Positions 1 to 10,817 of a DNA stretch of 14,135 bases are shown piece by piece (position 1 is the first letter of the stretch; the number at the start of each line of letters is the position of its first letter). The notes below the pieces were generated by a model. The model was not told the origin of the DNA and ran no database searches. It saw nothing but the letters and a program-made list of their open reading frames with translations. This stretch comes from a bacterium. Its GTDB lineage: Bacteria > SAR324 > NAC60-12. The translations under genes and the position numbers were made by a program. Location of the stretch: assembly GCA_965233585.1 (NCBI GenBank), contig CBDDTI010000457.1, positions 1 to 14,135 on the forward strand. The letters are read 5' to 3'.

Positions 1-82
1 GGGGTTTGGGTTCGAATCCGGTTTTTTTTTTTTTTTTTCTTGTGTCTTGGTATGTGTGAGTGTGTTATTTCCTAGAATTGAA

Positions 83-103
83 CCTGTAGGGAAACCCTAC
101 AGG
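83..103. other. Perfect hairpin CCTGTAGGG-AAA-CCCTACAGG, putative Helitron-type 3' termination palindrome (in every unit)
   Basis: 9-bp stem with a 3-nt loop, read directly. It lies 7 nt from CTAG on one side and 1 nt from the subTIR on the other. Confidence 0.85.
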
Positions 104-247
104 GAGGTCTGCCTTCGCTCTGAGTTGTGGCCTTGGATGGCCCATCAACCGAATTCTTGGTCGAAACATCCAGGGACACGGATTGAACAGGTCTTGGCTT
201 ATTGTCGCGATGAACAGAAGTATGTAGGGTGTATTGAGCTATAATTT

Positions 248-667
248 TGTCTCACTGTGACCATGACATTTGGCGCACAGACCTGAAATTTCATAGGGCT
301 GATGGACGAGATAGTGCCTATATACCCGCCAAGTTTCACAGAAATTCGTTCAAAAATAAGAGAGAAATAAGCGTACAACATATTTTCTAAGGTTGTCTCC
401 TCGTGACCTTGACCTTTAATTTACGTCCCTGAAATTTACATCAAGTCGTCTCCTTGTCAAGGACTATCAACCAGCTAAATTTGAAGACGATGGGATGATC
501 AATGACAGAGAAATTGCTGAATAAGTATTTTCATCTAGTGTCACCTTGTGACCTTGACCTTTGACCTTCGTATCCCAAAATGTATACAGCTCTTCTACAA
601 GTTATTATCTACCAACTGGCCAATTATGAGAGAGATCCGATGAAAAATGGCAGAGAAATCGCAGAAC
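248..667. repeat. Three diverged ~145-146-bp internal subrepeats (in every unit; the third is deleted in unit 16)
   Basis: Starts at 248 (TGTCTCACTGTGACCATGACATTT), 394 (TGTCTCCTCGTGACCTTGACCTTT) and 539 (TGTCACCTTGTGACCTTGACCTTT). Shared downstream motifs include CCTGAAATTT (first two copies) and AGAGAAAT (all three). Confidence 0.85.
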
Positions 668-679
668 GCAGATAGTGGG

Positions 680-736
680 AAAGAAATAAAATAATAAAAA
701 TAAAGAAATAAGAAAGAAAAGACAATACAACAACAG
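680..736 (+). repeat. A-rich low-complexity, degenerate microsatellite tract (units 1-15)
   Basis: AAAGAAATAAAATAATAAAAATAAAGAAATAAGAAAGAAAAGACAATACAACAACAG, adjacent to the 5' hairpin, where HINEs typically carry a microsatellite. Confidence 0.8.
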
Positions 737-737
737 A

Positions 738-766
738 AAGGTCTTCCGACTTTGTCGGCAGACCTT
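738..766. other. 5'-terminal hairpin AAGGTCT-T-CCGAC-TTT-GTCGG-C-AGACCTT containing the subTIR (in every unit)
   Basis: 12 paired positions, one mismatch and a 3-nt loop. The outer arm GGCAGACCT is the exact reverse complement of 105-113. Confidence 0.85.
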
Positions 767-893
767 AATGAAAGGGCACTGGCGGGAAATTCAAATAACA
801 AATATCAATGTAAAAGCAACTGCACTAAGATAAAACATATTAAAGACAGTCATCAAGTGAGAAAATGTACTGGAAGGGGAGGGGTGGTGTCTG

Positions 894-904
894 GGTTCGA
901 ATCC
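894..904 (+). promoter_or_regulatory. RNA polymerase III B-box match GGTTCGAATCC (in every linker)
   Basis: Exact fit to the GGTTCGANTCC consensus, followed by a T-run. No convincing A box upstream. Function not shown. Confidence 0.35.
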
Positions 905-907
905 GAG

Positions 908-934
908 TTTTTTTTTTTTTTTTTTTTTTTTTTT
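908..934 (+). repeat. Poly-T tract (T27 here; T24-28 in internal units; T17 at both window ends)
   Basis: Counted directly and from the unit periods. Confidence 0.95.
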
Positions 935-967
935 CTTGTGTCTTGGTATGTGTGAGTGTGTTATTTC

Positions 968-1665
968 CTAGAATTGAACCTGTAGGGAAACCCTACAGGG
1001 AGGTCTGCCTTCGCTCTGAGTTGTGGCCTTGGATGGCCCATCAACCGAATTCTTGGTCGAAACATCCAGGGACACGGATTGAACAGGTCTTGGCTTATTG
1101 TCGCGATGAACAGAAGTATGTAGGGTGTATTGAGCTATTATTTTGTCTCACTGTGACCATGACATTTGGCGTACAGACCTGAAATTTCGTAGGGTTGATG
1201 GACGAGATAGTGCCTATATACCCGCCAAGTTTCACAGAAATTCGTTCAAAAATAAGAGAGAAATAAGCGTACAACCTATTTTCTAAGGTTGTCTCCTCGT
1301 GACCTTGACCTTTAATTTACGTCCCTGAAATTTACATCAAGTCGTCTCCTTGTCAAGGACTATCAACCAGCTAAATTTGAAGACGATGGGATGATCAATG
1401 ACAGAGAAATTGCTGAATAAGTATTTTCATCTAGTGTCACCTTGTGACCTTGACCTTTGACCTTCGTATCCCAAAATGTATACAGCTCTTCTACAAGTTA
1501 TTATCTACCAACTGGCCAATTATGAGAGAGATCCGATGAAAAATGGCAGAGAAATCGCAGAAACGCAGATAGTGGGAAAGAAATAAAATAATAAAAATAA
1601 AGAAATAAGAAAGAAAAGACAATACAACAACAGAAAGGTCTTCCGACTTTGTCGGCAGACCTTAA
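968..1665 (-). mobile_element. HINE-like element, copy 2
   Basis: Same termini as copy 1; one extra A near 1561 (GCAGAAACGC). Confidence 0.78.
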
Positions 1666-1864
1666 TGAAAGGGCACTGGCGGGAAATTCAAATAACAAAT
1701 ATCAATGTAAAAGCAACTGCACTAAGATAAAACATATTAAAGACAGTCATCAAGTGAGAAAATGTACTGGAAGGGGAGGGGTGGTGTCTGGGTTCGAATC
1801 CGAGTTTTTTTTTTTTTTTTTTTTTTTTTTTCTTGTGTCTTGGTATGTGTGAGTGTGTTATTTC

Positions 1865-2561
1865 CTAGAATTGAACCTGTAGGGAAACCCTACAGGGAGG
1901 TCTGCCTTCGCTCTGAGTTGTGGCCTTGGATGGCCCATCAACCGAATTCTTGGTCGAAACATCCAGGGACACGGATTGAACAGGTCTTGGCTTATTGTCG
2001 CGATGAACAGAAGTATGTAGGGTGTATTGAGCTATTATTTTGTCTCACTGTGACCATGACATTTGGCGTACAGACCTGAAATTTCGTAGGGTTGATGGAC
2101 GAGATAGTGCCTATATACCCGCCAAGTTTCACAGAAATTCGTTCAAAAATAAGAGAGAAATAAGCGTACAACCTATTTTCTAAGGTTGTCTCCTCGTGAC
2201 CTTGACCTTTAATTTACGTCCCTGAAATTTACATCAAGTCGTCTCCTTGTCAAGGACTATCAACCAGCTAAATTTGAAGACGATGGGATGATCAATGACA
2301 GAGAAATTGCTGAATAAGTATTTTCATCTAGTGTCACCTTGTGACCTTGACCTTTGACCTTCGTATCCCAAAATGTATACAGCTCTTCTACAAGTTATTA
2401 TCTACCAACTGGCCAATTATGAGAGAGATCCGATGAAAAATGGCAGAGAAATCGCAGAACGCAGATAGTGGGAAAGAAATAAAATAATAAAAATAAAGAA
2501 ATAAGAAAGAAAAGACAATACAACAACAGAAAGGTCTTCCGACTTTGTCGGCAGACCTTAA
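1865..2561 (-). mobile_element. HINE-like element, copy 3
   Basis: Same termini and internal structure as copy 1. Confidence 0.78.
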
Positions 2562-2757
2562 TGAAAGGGCACTGGCGGGAAATTCAAATAACAAATATCA
2601 ATGTAAAAGCAACTGCACTAAGATAAAACATATTCAAGACAGTCATCAAGTGAGAAAATGGACTGGAAGGGGAGGGGTGGTGTCTGGGTTCGAATCCGAG
2701 TTTTTTTTTTTTTTTTTTTTTTTTCTTGTGTCTTGGTATGTGTGAGTGTGTTATTTC

Positions 2758-3454
2758 CTAGAATTGAACCTGTAGGGAAACCCTACAGGGAGGTCTGCCT
2801 TCGCTCTGAGTTGTGGCCTTGGATGGCCCATCAACCGAATTCTTGGTCGAAACATCCAGGGACACGGATTGAACAGGTCTTGGCTTATTGTCGCGATGAA
2901 CAGAAGTATGTAGGGTGTATTGAGCTATTATTTTGTCTCACTGTGACCATGACATTTGGCGTACAGACCTGAAATTTCGTAGGGTTGATGGACGAGATAG
3001 TGCCTATATACCCGCCAAGTTTCACAGAAATTCGTTCAAAAATAAGAGAGAAATAAGCGTACAACCTATTTTCTAAGGTTGTCTCCTCGTGACCTTGACC
3101 TTTAATTTACGTCCCTGAAATTTACATCAAGTCGTCTCCTTGTCAAGGACTATCAACCAGCTAAATTTGAAGACGATGGGATGATCAATGACAGAGAAAT
3201 TGCTGAATAAGTATTTTCATCTAGTGTCACCTTGTGACCTTGACCTTTGACCTTCGTATCCCAAAATGTATACAGCTCTTCTACAAGTTATTATCTACCA
3301 ACTGGCCAATTATGAGAGAGATCCGATGAAAAATGGCAGAGAAATCGCAGAACGCAGATAGTGGGAAAGAAATAAAATAATAAAAATAAAGAAATAAGAA
3401 AGAAAAGACAATACAACAACAGAAAGGTCTTCCGACTTTGTCGGCAGACCTTAA
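2758..3454 (-). mobile_element. HINE-like element, copy 4
   Basis: Same termini and internal structure as copy 1. Confidence 0.78.
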
Positions 3455-3653
3455 TGAAAGGGCACTGGCGGGAAATTCAAATAACAAATATCAATGTAAA
3501 AGCAACTGCACTAAGATAAAACATATTAAAGACAGTCATCAAGTGAGAAAATGTACTGGAAGGGGAGGGGTGGTGTCTGGGTTCGAATCCGAGTTTTTTT
3601 TTTTTTTTTTTTTTTTTTTTCTTGTGTCTTGGTATGTGTGAGTGTGTTATTTC

Positions 3654-4350
3654 CTAGAATTGAACCTGTAGGGAAACCCTACAGGGAGGTCTGCCTTCGC
3701 TCTGAGTTGTGGCCTTGGATGGCCCATCAACCGAATTCTTGGTCGAAACATCCAGGGACACGGATTGAACAGGTCTTGGCTTATTGTCGCGATGAACAGA
3801 AGTATGTAGGGTGTATTGAGCTATTATTTTGTCTCACTGTGACCATGACATTTGGCGTACAGACCTGAAATTTCGTAGGGTTGATGGACGAGATAGTGCC
3901 TATATACCCGCCAAGTTTCACAGAAATTCGTTCAAAAATAAGAGAGAAATAAGCGTACAACCTATTTTCTAAGGTTGTCTCCTCGTGACCTTGACCTTTA
4001 ATTTACGTCCCTGAAATTTACATCAAGTCGTCTCCTTGTCAAGGACTATCAACCAGCTAAATTTGAAGACGATGGGATGATCAATGACAGAGAAATTGCT
4101 GAATAAGTATTTTCATCTAGTGTCACCTTGTGACCTTGACCTTTGACCTTCGTATCCCAAAATGTATACAGCTCTTCTACAAGTTATTATCTACCAACTG
4201 GCCAATTATGAGAGAGATCCGATGAAAAATGGCAGAGAAATCGCAGAACGCAGATAGTGGGAAAGAAATAAAATAATAAAAATAAAGAAATAAGAAAGAA
4301 AAGACAATACAACAACAGAAAGGTCTTCCGACTTTGTCGGCAGACCTTAA
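3654..4350 (-). mobile_element. HINE-like element, copy 5
   Basis: Same termini and internal structure as copy 1. Confidence 0.78.
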
Positions 4351-4549
4351 TGAAAGGGCACTGGCGGGAAATTCAAATAACAAATATCAATGTAAAAGCA
4401 ACTGCACTAAGATAAAACATAGTAAAGACAGTCATCAAGTGAGAAAATGTACTGGAAGGGGAGGGGTGGTGTCTGGGTTCGAATCCGAGTTTTTTTTTTT
4501 TTTTTTTTTTTTTTTTCTTGTGTCTTGGTATGTGTGAGTGTGTTATTTC

Positions 4550-5246
4550 CTAGAATTGAACCTGTAGGGAAACCCTACAGGGAGGTCTGCCTTCGCTCTG
4601 AGTTGTGGCCTTGGATGGCCCATCAACCGAATTCTTGGTCGAAACATCCAGGGACACGGATTGAACAGGTCTTGGCTTATTGTCGCGATGAACAGAAGTA
4701 TGTAGGGTGTATTGAGCTATTATTTTGTCTCACTGTGACCATGACATTTGGCGTACAGACCTGAAATTTCATAGGGCTGATGGACGAGATAGTGCCTATA
4801 TACCCGCCAAGTTTCACAGAAATTCGTTCAAAAATAAGAGAGAAATAAGCGTACAACATATTTTCTAAGGTTGTCTCCTCGTGACCTTGACCTTTAATTT
4901 ACGTCCCTGAAATTTACATCAAGTCGTCTCCTTGTCAAGGACTATCAACCAGCTAAATTTGAAGACGATGGGATGATCAATGACAGAGAAATTGCTGAAT
5001 AAGCATTTTCATCTAGTGTCACCTTGTGACCTTGACCTTTGACCTTCGTATCCCAAAATGTATACAGCTCTTCTACAAGTTATTATCTACCAACTGGCCA
5101 ATTATGAGAGAGATCCGATGAAAAATGGCAGAGAAATCGCAGAACGCAGATAGTGGGAAAGAAATAAAATAATAAAAATAAAGAAATAAGAAAGAAAAGA
5201 CAATACAACAACAGAAAGGTCTTCCGACTTTGTCGGCAGACCTTAA
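4550..5246 (-). mobile_element. HINE-like element, copy 6
   Basis: Same termini and internal structure as copy 1; first full haplotype-B copy. Confidence 0.78.
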
Positions 5247-5444
5247 TGAAAGGGCACTGGCGGGAAATTCAAATAACAAATATCAATGTAAAAGCAACTG
5301 CACTAAGATAAAACATAGTAAAGACAGTCATCAAGTGAGAAAATGTACTGGAAGGGGAGGGGTGGTGTCTGGGTTCGAATCCGAGTTTTTTTTTTTTTTT
5401 TTTTTTTTTTTCTTGTGTCTTGGTATGTGTGAGTGTGTTATTTC

Positions 5445-6141
5445 CTAGAATTGAACCTGTAGGGAAACCCTACAGGGAGGTCTGCCTTCGCTCTGAGTTG
5501 TGGCCTTGGATGGCCCATCAACCGAATTCTTGGTCGAAACATCCAGGGACACGGATTGAACAGGTCTTGGCTTATTGTCGCGATGAACAGAAGTATGTAG
5601 GGTGTATTGAGCTATTATTTTGTCTCACTGTGACCATGACATTTGGCGTACAGACCTGAAATTTCATAGGGCTGATGGACGAGATAGTGCCTATATACCC
5701 GCCAAGTTTCACAGAAATTCGTTCAAAAATAAGAGAGAAATAAGCGTACAACATATTTTCTAAGGTTGTCTCCTCGTGACCTTGACCTTTAATTTACGTC
5801 CCTGAAATTTACATCAAGTCGTCTCCTTGTCAAGGACTATCAACCAGCTAAATTTGAAGACGATGGGATGATCAATGACAGAGAAATTGCTGAATAAGCA
5901 TTTTCATCTAGTGTCACCTTGTGACCTTGACCTTTGACCTTCGTATCCCAAAATGTATACAGCTCTTCTACAAGTTATTATCTACCAACTGGCCAATTAT
6001 GAGAGAGATCCGATGAAAAATGGCAGAGAAATCGCAGAACGCAGATAGTGGGAAAGAAATAAAATAATAAAAATAAAGAAATAAGAAAGAAAAGACAATA
6101 CAACAACAGAAAGGTCTTCCGACTTTGTCGGCAGACCTTAA
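5445..6141 (-). mobile_element. HINE-like element, copy 7
   Basis: Same termini and internal structure as copy 1. Confidence 0.78.
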
Positions 6142-6339
6142 TGAAAGGGCACTGGCGGGAAATTCAAATAACAAATATCAATGTAAAAGCAACTGCACTA
6201 AGATAAAACATAGTAAAGACAGTCATCAAGTGAGAAAATGTACTGGAAGGGGAGGGGTGGTGTCTGGGTTCGAATCCGAGTTTTTTTTTTTTTTTTTTTT
6301 TTTTTTCTTGTGTCTTGGTATGTGTGAGTGTGTTATTTC

Positions 6340-7036
6340 CTAGAATTGAACCTGTAGGGAAACCCTACAGGGAGGTCTGCCTTCGCTCTGAGTTGTGGCC
6401 TTGGATGGCCCATCAACCGAATTCTTGGTCGAAACATCCAGGGACACGGATTGAACAGGTCTTGGCTTATTGTCGCGATGAACAGAAGTATGTAGGGTGT
6501 ATTGAGCTATTATTTTGTCTCACTGTGACCATGACATTTGGCGTACAGACCTGAAATTTCATAGGGCTGATGGACGAGATAGTGCCTATATACCCGCCAA
6601 GTTTCACAGAAATTCGTTCAAAAATAAGAGAGAAATAAGCGTACAACATATTTTCTAAGGTTGTCTCCTCGTGACCTTGACCTTTAATTTACGTCCCTGA
6701 AATTTACATCAAGTCGTCTCCTTGTCAAGGACTATCAACCAGCTAAATTTGAAGACGATGGGATGATCAATGACAGAGAAATTGCTGAATAAGCATTTTC
6801 ATCTAGTGTCACCTTGTGACCTTGACCTTTGACCTTCGTATCCCAAAATGTATACAGCTCTTCTACAAGTTATTATCTACCAACTGGCCAATTATGAGAG
6901 AGATCCGATGAAAAATGGCAGAGAAATCGCAGAACGCAGATAGTGGGAAAGAAATAAAATAATAAAAATAAAGAAATAAGAAAGAAAAGACAATACAACA
7001 ACAGAAAGGTCTTCCGACTTTGTCGGCAGACCTTAA
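6340..7036 (-). mobile_element. HINE-like element, copy 8
   Basis: Same termini and internal structure as copy 1. Confidence 0.78.
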
Positions 7037-7172
7037 TGAAAGGGCACTGGCGGGAAATTCAAATAACAAATATCAATGTAAAAGCAACTGCACTAAGATA
7101 AAACATAGTAAAGACAGTCATCAAGTGAGAAAATGTACTGGAAGGGGAGGGGTGGTGTCTGGGTTCGAATCC

Positions 7173-7203
<31 letters not shown>

Positions 7204-7236
7204 CTTGTGTCTTGGTATGTGTGAGTGTGTTATTTC

Positions 7237-7933
7237 CTAGAATTGAACCTGTAGGGAAACCCTACAGGGAGGTCTGCCTTCGCTCTGAGTTGTGGCCTTG
7301 GATGGCCCATCAACCGAATTCTTGGTCGAAACATCCAGGGACACGGATTGAACAGGTCTTGGCTTATTGTCGCGATGAACAGAAGTATGTAGGGTGTATT
7401 GAGCTATTATTTTGTCTCACTGTGACCATGACATTTGGCGTACAGACCTGAAATTTCATAGGGCTGATGGACGAGATAGTGCCTATATACCCGCCAAGTT
7501 TCACAGAAATTCGTTCAAAAATAAGAGAGAAATAAGCGTACAACATATTTTCTAAGGTTGTCTCCTCGTGACCTTGACCTTTAATTTACGTCCCTGAAAT
7601 TTACATCAAGTCGTCTCCTTGTCAAGGACTATCAACCAGCTAAATTTGAAGACGATGGGATGATCAATGACAGAGAAATTGCTGAATAAGCATTTTCATC
7701 TAGTGTCACCTTGTGACCTTGACCTTTGACCTTCGTATCCCAAAATGTATACAGCTCTTCTACAAGTTATTATCTACCAACTGGCCAATTATGAGAGAGA
7801 TCCGATGAAAAATGGCAGAGAAATCGCAGAACGCAGATAGTGGGAAAGAAATAAAATAATAAAAATAAAGAAATAAGAAAGAAAAGACAATACAACAACA
7901 GAAAGGTCTTCCGACTTTGTCGGCAGACCTTAA
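7237..7933 (-). mobile_element. HINE-like element, copy 9
   Basis: Same termini and internal structure as copy 1. Confidence 0.78.
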
Positions 7934-8132
7934 TGAAAGGGCACTGGCGGGAAATTCAAATAACAAATATCAATGTAAAAGCAACTGCACTAAGATAAAA
8001 CATAGTAAAGACAGTCATCAAGTGAGAAAATGTACTGGAAGGGGAGGGGTGGTGTCTGGGTTCGAATCCGAGTTTTTTTTTTTTTTTTTTTTTTTTTTTC
8101 TTGTGTCTTGGTATGTGTGAGTGTGTTATTTC

Positions 8133-8829
8133 CTAGAATTGAACCTGTAGGGAAACCCTACAGGGAGGTCTGCCTTCGCTCTGAGTTGTGGCCTTGGATG
8201 GCCCATCAACCGAATTCTTGGTCGAAACATCCAGGGACACGGATTGAACAGGTCTTGGCTTATTGTCGCGATGAACAGAAGTATGTAGGGTGTATTGAGC
8301 TATTATTTTGTCTCACTGTGACCATGACATTTGGCGTACAGACCTGAAATTTCATAGGGCTGATGGACGAGATAGTGCCTATATACCCGCCAAGTTTCAC
8401 AGAAATTCGTTCAAAAATAAGAGAGAAATAAGCGTACAACATATTTTCTAAGGTTGTCTCCTCGTGACCTTGACCTTTAATTTACGTCCCTGAAATTTAC
8501 ATCAAGTCGTCTCCTTGTCAAGGACTATCAACCAGCTAAATTTGAAGACGATGGGATGATCAATGACAGAGAAATTGCTGAATAAGCATTTTCATCTAGT
8601 GTCACCTTGTGACCTTGACCTTTGACCTTCGTATCCCAAAATGTATACAGCTCTTCTACAAGTTATTATCTACCAACTGGCCAATTATGAGAGAGATCCG
8701 ATGAAAAATGGCAGAGAAATCGCAGAACGCAGATAGTGGGAAAGAAATAAAATAATAAAAATAAAGAAATAAGAAAGAAAAGACAATACAACAACAGAAA
8801 GGTCTTCCGACTTTGTCGGCAGACCTTAA
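8133..8829 (-). mobile_element. HINE-like element, copy 10
   Basis: Same termini and internal structure as copy 1. Confidence 0.78.
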
Positions 8830-9027
8830 TGAAAGGGCACTGGCGGGAAATTCAAATAACAAATATCAATGTAAAAGCAACTGCACTAAGATAAAACATA
8901 GTAAAGACAGTCATCAAGTGAGAAAATGTACTGGAAGGGGAGGGGTGGTGTCTGGGTTCGAATCCGAGTTTTTTTTTTTTTTTTTTTTTTTTTTCTTGTG
9001 TCTTGGTATGTGTGAGTGTGTTATTTC

Positions 9028-9724
9028 CTAGAATTGAACCTGTAGGGAAACCCTACAGGGAGGTCTGCCTTCGCTCTGAGTTGTGGCCTTGGATGGCCCA
9101 TCAACCGAATTCTTGGTCGAAACATCCAGGGACACGGATTGAACAGGTCTTGGCTTATTGTCGCGATGAACAGAAGTATGTAGGGTGTATTGAGCTATTA
9201 TTTTGTCTCACTGTGACCATGACATTTGGCGTACAGACCTGAAATTTCATAGGGCTGATGGACGAGATAGTGCCTATATACCCGCCAAGTTTCACAGAAA
9301 TTCGTTCAAAAATAAGAGAGAAATAAGCGTACAACATATTTTCTAAGGTTGTCTCCTCGTGACCTTGACCTTTAATTTACGTCCCTGAAATTTACATCAA
9401 GTCGTCTCCTTGTCAAGGACTATCAACCAGCTAAATTTGAAGACGATGGGATGATCAATGACAGAGAAATTGCTGAATAAGCATTTTCATCTAGTGTCAC
9501 CTTGTGACCTTGACCTTTGACCTTCGTATCCCAAAATGTATACAGCTCTTCTACAAGTTATTATCTACCAACTGGCCAATTATGAGAGAGATCCGATGAA
9601 AAATGGCAGAGAAATCGCAGAACGCAGATAGTGGGAAAGAAATAAAATAATAAAAATAAAGAAATAAGAAAGAAAAGACAATACAACAACAGAAAGGTCT
9701 TCCGACTTTGTCGGCAGACCTTAA
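9028..9724 (-). mobile_element. HINE-like element, copy 11
   Basis: Same termini and internal structure as copy 1. Confidence 0.78.
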
Positions 9725-9860
9725 TGAAAGGGCACTGGCGGGAAATTCAAATAACAAATATCAATGTAAAAGCAACTGCACTAAGATAAAACATAGTAAA
9801 GACAGTCATCAAGTGAGAAAATGTACTGGAAGGGGAGGGGTGGTGTCTGGGTTCGAATCC

Positions 9861-9891
<31 letters not shown>

Positions 9892-9924
9892 CTTGTGTCT
9901 TGGTATGTGTGAGTGTGTTATTTC

Positions 9925-10621
9925 CTAGAATTGAACCTGTAGGGAAACCCTACAGGGAGGTCTGCCTTCGCTCTGAGTTGTGGCCTTGGATGGCCCATCA
10001 ACCGAATTCTTGGTCGAAACATCCAGGGACACGGATTGAACAGGTCTTGGCTTATTGTCGCGATGAACAGAAGTATGTAGGGTGTATTGAGCTATTATTT
10101 TGTCTCACTGTGACCATGACATTTGGCGTACAGACCTGAAATTTCATAGGGCTGATGGACGAGATAGTGCCTATATACCCGCCAAGTTTCACAGAAATTC
10201 GTTCAAAAATAAGAGAGAAATAAGCGTACAACATATTTTCTAAGGTTGTCTCCTCGTGACCTTGACCTTTAATTTACGTCCCTGAAATTTACATCAAGTC
10301 GTCTCCTTGTCAAGGACTATCAACCAGCTAAATTTGAAGACGATGGGATGATCAATGACAGAGAAATTGCTGAATAAGCATTTTCATCTAGTGTCACCTT
10401 GTGACCTTGACCTTTGACCTTCGTATCCCAAAATGTATACAGCTCTTCTACAAGTTATTATCTACCAACTGGCCAATTATGAGAGAGATCCGATGAAAAA
10501 TGGCAGAGAAATCGCAGAACGCAGATAGTGGGAAAGAAATAAAATAATAAAAATAAAGAAATAAGAAAGAAAAGACAATACAACAACAGAAAGGTCTTCC
10601 GACTTTGTCGGCAGACCTTAA
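9925..10621 (-). mobile_element. HINE-like element, copy 12
   Basis: Same termini and internal structure as copy 1. Confidence 0.78.
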
Positions 10622-10817
10622 TGAAAGGGCACTGGCGGGAAATTCAAATAACAAATATCAATGTAAAAGCAACTGCACTAAGATAAAACATAGTAAAGAC
10701 AGTCATCAAGTGAGAAAATGTACTGGAAGGGGAGGGGTGGTGTCTGGGTTCGAATCCGAGTTTTTTTTTTTTTTTTTTTTTTTTCTTGTGTCTTGGTATG
10801 TGTGAGTGTGTTATTTC

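Larger units (their letters stand above)
72..768 (-). mobile_element. Non-autonomous Helentron/Helitron2-type element (HINE-like), copy 1
   Basis: Minus strand starts TTAAGGTCTGCCGACAAAGTCGGAAGACCTT (5' hairpin). SubTIR pair AGGTCTGCC (105-113) / GGCAGACCT (757-765). The 3' palindrome (83-103) is followed 7 nt later by CTAG (75-72). A low-complexity tract and internal tandem repeats lie between. This matches the known HINE/DINE-1 layout. No Rep/helicase ORF. Confidence 0.8.

Noticed and set aside
296..345. Hammerhead ribozyme (retrozyme-like) from CTGATGG...GAAA
   Set aside because: The core reads CTGATGG rather than CTGANGA, units 2-5 change it to TTGATGG, and no flanking helices were found.
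439..497. Small palindrome TCCTTG-T-CAAGGA (451-463) inside an imperfect CATCAAGTCGTCT/AGACGATGGGATG stem; also GATGG-C-CCATC near 136-146
   Set aside because: These are short with 1-nt loops and are not conserved in the sister subrepeats, so they are compatible with chance.
83..766. CRISPR-like array suggested by regularly spaced palindromes
   Set aside because: The intervening sequences are identical rather than unique spacers, the period is ~896 bp, and no cas genes are present.
738..770. Bacterial rho-independent terminator
   Set aside because: There is no upstream gene, the context looks eukaryotic, and the hairpin is better explained as the element's 5' terminal structure.
840..934. 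Tandem tRNA or 5S rRNA gene cluster
   Set aside because: Only a T-arm/B-box-like motif is present. I could not build an acceptor stem, D-arm or anticodon arm, and saw no 5S similarity. An Rfam search would be decisive.
1561..2661. Single-unit variants (extra A near 1561, C at 2635, G at 2661)
   Set aside because: Singletons cannot be distinguished from sequencing error without reads.
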